This document shows positions 61,201 through 64,000 of a stretch of DNA of 64,000 nucleotides, one piece after another (position 1 is the first letter of the stretch; every line of letters begins with the position of its first letter). The notes under the pieces are model-generated. The model was given only the letters and a program-made list of their open reading frames with translations, searched no databases and had not been told where the DNA came from. The stretch is from Hyphochytrium catenoides (Eukaryota > Protista > Hyphochytriomycota). The stretch lies in the NCBI GenBank assembly GCA_900088475.1, contig FLMG01003327.1, positions 4,737-68,736 of the forward strand, read 5' to 3'. A program made the position numbers and the translations under genes.

Positions 61201-62483
61201 GTTCTGTCAGAGGATGCAAAGTGGACTGGTGGTCGCGTTCTGGTCCATTGCACACAGGGCATATCTCGTTCGGCATCGCTAGTCATCTGGTACATATGTT
61301 GTTCTTCAGCTTTATTACGCATTTAACTCTTTATCGCTTGGGGTCTGCGGCGTTTCGGACGACCCTCTCTTCTTCTTCGCTCGCTGGCTGGATGTACGCT
61401 CTTCTTCTTCATACTGTCTCTCTCTCTCCTATTTTTCCTTTCTTGGACGCCCGTAACTTCTGACGGTTGAGATCTTCAGGTATGTCATGAATGTATACAA
61501 GAAGTCGCTGGTTTCAGCCTACAACTTTGTCCTTTACCGGCGGCCAGTAGTCTTTCCCAATCTTGGCTTCATCCGACAGCTTATGGAGGCGGAGATAGAG
61601 CTCTATAAGAGCTCCAGGTACTCTCTTTGTTGGCGTATTCCTACCTATCTCCAACGTATTCACCATCACGCCCGTGACGATGTGTTGATAGTCTTAAAGA
61701 TTCGGAGGTGGATAGCATGTTGGCAGGGTTGCTTCCCGACAGAAAGCTGCCCACAGCAGTAGTTGTGCCGCCCCCCATTGATGCGGGCAACAAACAGTGC
61801 AAGCTCTGCTTAAGATCTTTCAACGTTCTTGTTAGACGACGAAGTAAGTTTCCAATAGTGGTGCTTATACCTTCCCTACCCTAGGACGTCTCTAGGAGTC
61901 TCCCACCTTTCTGTTCTTCTTGCAAGCGATACAGCTAGCGGAAACGTCTTTCTCAAGAGTATGGCTATCTATTGCACTGCATCTGCAAGTTTCATCTTGC
62001 TCTGTCTGCGTCAGGCTGTCACTTTTGCAGTGGGTTCGTGTGCTCCAGCTGCTCGCCTATTCGGCTTGTCAAGGCAGAGCCAGGCGCTTCTTCTTCGAAA
62101 AATAAGGAAAACGCTCACGGCCGCGCTTGCGTTGACTGCTTGAAGACAGGTATGTACGGTCTACATCTTGTTGGCGGGTTTCCTTGTTGCCTCCACTTAT
62201 GCGGATTTTTAACTCATGTTCCCTAGTGGAAGAGATCCACTTGCCGCCTAAAGGGGACAGCTCCTCTTTGAAAGGGAGATTCTTTACAGTCACTTGTGCC
62301 AGCTTTCAGAACCCAGACAACGAGAAAGTGCGAGTCAACTGGTACGAAGGGACAGAGTTGAAGACCGTCCTAGAGGTGAGTGTGGCATGGAAGAAGAGCA
62401 AGGATGGCAAAGTTTTCTTAAAACACTACAAACAAAGGGCAGAGCTAGAGGAACAGAGGCACGAAGCAACCTATAGGGCTTGA
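58206..62483 (+). CDS. Dual-specificity (MAPK-phosphatase-like) protein phosphatase with a rhodanese-like domain, a C-terminal FYVE-like zinc finger and an unassigned N-terminal domain (multi-exon)
   Basis: Rhodanese/CH2: IILIDAR..DF....VQGAISVP...VRYLA..F.AFAARYPF. DSP: YPNEIIEGFLYLGN, ITHIVNAS, VDIPD, RVLVHCTQGISRSASLVIWYVM, RRPVVFPNLGFIRQL. Zn finger: CKLCLRSFNVLVRRRSCHFCSGFVCSSCS...RACVDC. Confidence 0.88.
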
Positions 62484-63654
62484 GACCAGTAAGAGACAAG
62501 ACTTCAGCGATCATTCGCGATGGCGAAGTTTGGATGGGGTGACATTCTATTTTTTCTTAGTTGCCAAGAGTAGATCAAGACTAGGGCAAGAGAATAGTTG
62601 ATCAGATATTGACCTTATTTATCAATGGCCTCGTTACGATTTATATAGGCCATAAGACTGCGCTTCCATCCCTCGAAGCACGGAATCGTGGAGTTTTACG
62701 ACAGCAATCTGCGACGCGTGAACTTCCCAAGGACACATGACCCAAGGATGCCTCTGCTGGTGAAGTGCCTTGCAACCTCTAGGAAGGATAGTAACGCTCA
62801 GTCAACAGCAGACGATGAAGGTAAATATGCCCTGAAGACTAGTGGTGTAGCTCAGCGTTTCCTAATATGTCAATCTTTTCAATGGTAGGCAAGCGGCTCG
62901 GAGGCGTCCTTGCACTTCGACCGGCGCTAATGAGAGCATTCTCCCTTGGTGGCGAGAGAGGAATCCCAGTAAGTCCTTCTGTGTTACGAAGTCCTGATGG
63001 ACGAGTCTAACTATCTTGAAACAGAGCACTCCGCGAAGAGATCCTTATGTACACGTGTGGGAGAGACTGTATCCAAGGTTCTCTTGCATTCCTAAGGAGG
63101 ATATAGCGGGCCTCTCGGATTCTGCCAGCGTTGCGACCCTAATGTTGGGCATCTCCGCCATCTCATCAGGTATCGACCAACCATCTAGCAGTCTCTCTTT
63201 TCAATTCAAAAGCTATCTCTATCCTTCTTCTCTCAATAGCTTTGGTCGAGTAGATGCATCCGCAAAGGGGAAAAGCTGACCTCGTCTTCTTGGGTGGGTC
63301 GTCGACGTAGGGACCACGACGCTGGCTGGATTTCAGGCGGAACTGCGCTCTATGAATCTCAGTCAGAAGAATCAGCAGCGCATCATGCGCCTCTTGGCCT
63401 CCTCTATCAAGCAGCAGGATAAGGAAAGCGAAGGGAAGGCAGTACCGATGACGCCAAGAAGTCCTGCTATACCGCCTTTCTCTCCAGCCCATCACGCTTA
63501 GCTTCAGCCCGCCTATTTATTTTTCCAGCCACTCACTCTCTCTATTTATTGGCTATATTGGATCTGTCGAGGAAGACAAGGCCAAAGGCGTTGAATAAAA
63601 GCTCAAGATGCGGTCCTGCTATCTCTGTCGTCTCCTCTTCTTGGTTATCAACCT

Positions 63655-63741
63655 CGCGGTTCTCTGTCTCCTTCTCTATCTTCCTCTCTCCTCTCTCTAT
63701 CTTCCTCTCTCCTCTCTCTCTTCCTCTCTCTCCTCTTTCTT
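63655..63741. repeat. CT-rich ~21-bp tandem/low-complexity repeat
   Basis: TCTCTATCTTCCTCTCTCCTC-like unit repeated ~3 times. Confidence 0.7.
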
Positions 63742-64000
63742 CCTACAATATCGCGGCTCGCGGCTCTATTCTCCGTAAGCTTCGCCCTCCACGTTGGCTG
63801 AGTCAGCTCGGAGTTCTCCATCCTTCTCTGACTGACTCGAGGCCGCATATGAACGTCCCAGTGCCCACTCCACCATGACCTCGCCTCGTGGGGCCATGGA
63901 CCCAGAGTAACCTACGTTATTACCTTGGAATGCCCCTTTACACAGCATGCAGACGTTACTTAGTTACTTAGTCAAGAGGATCCTGCATGTGTCTGCTATG

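Noticed and set aside
62690-64000. Possible partial gene (minus-strand QEAHDALLILLTEIH...)
   Set aside because: Only a vague likeness to a USP QDAHE motif; no consistent exon chain could be built.

Overview
Gene-dense, intron-rich eukaryotic nuclear DNA with short GT-AG spliceosomal introns (mostly ~60-350 nt; CTAAC/CTGAC branch points). A stramenopile/protist origin is inferred from gene content, not proven. Splicing exons by eye supports 12 protein-coding genes: a ~18 kb multidomain IQ/ankyrin/WW/TPR gene, an OST-alpha/TMEM184 transporter, a secreted DUF3455 protein, a soluble pyrophosphatase, a WDR81/GFS12-like BEACH protein, a COPI-associated/TVP15-like membrane protein, an organellar EF-P, a KHDC4/BLOM7-like KH protein, a COQ7-like protein, a zinc-finger SR-rich protein, a dPGM phosphoglycerate mutase and a rhodanese/dual-specificity phosphatase/FYVE-like protein. 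Non-coding features include a 551-bp MITE-like element and a degenerate repeat island at ~24.3-28 kb. The strongest candidate for new biology is an intact, apparently mitochondrial COQ7 homologue that has lost 4 of its 6 di-iron ligands (candidate pseudoenzyme). The second is the MITE, which has a 7-bp target-site duplication and clustered GTTTAAAC palindromes. No rRNA, tRNA or CRISPR was found. All family calls come from motif recognition; no database search was run.
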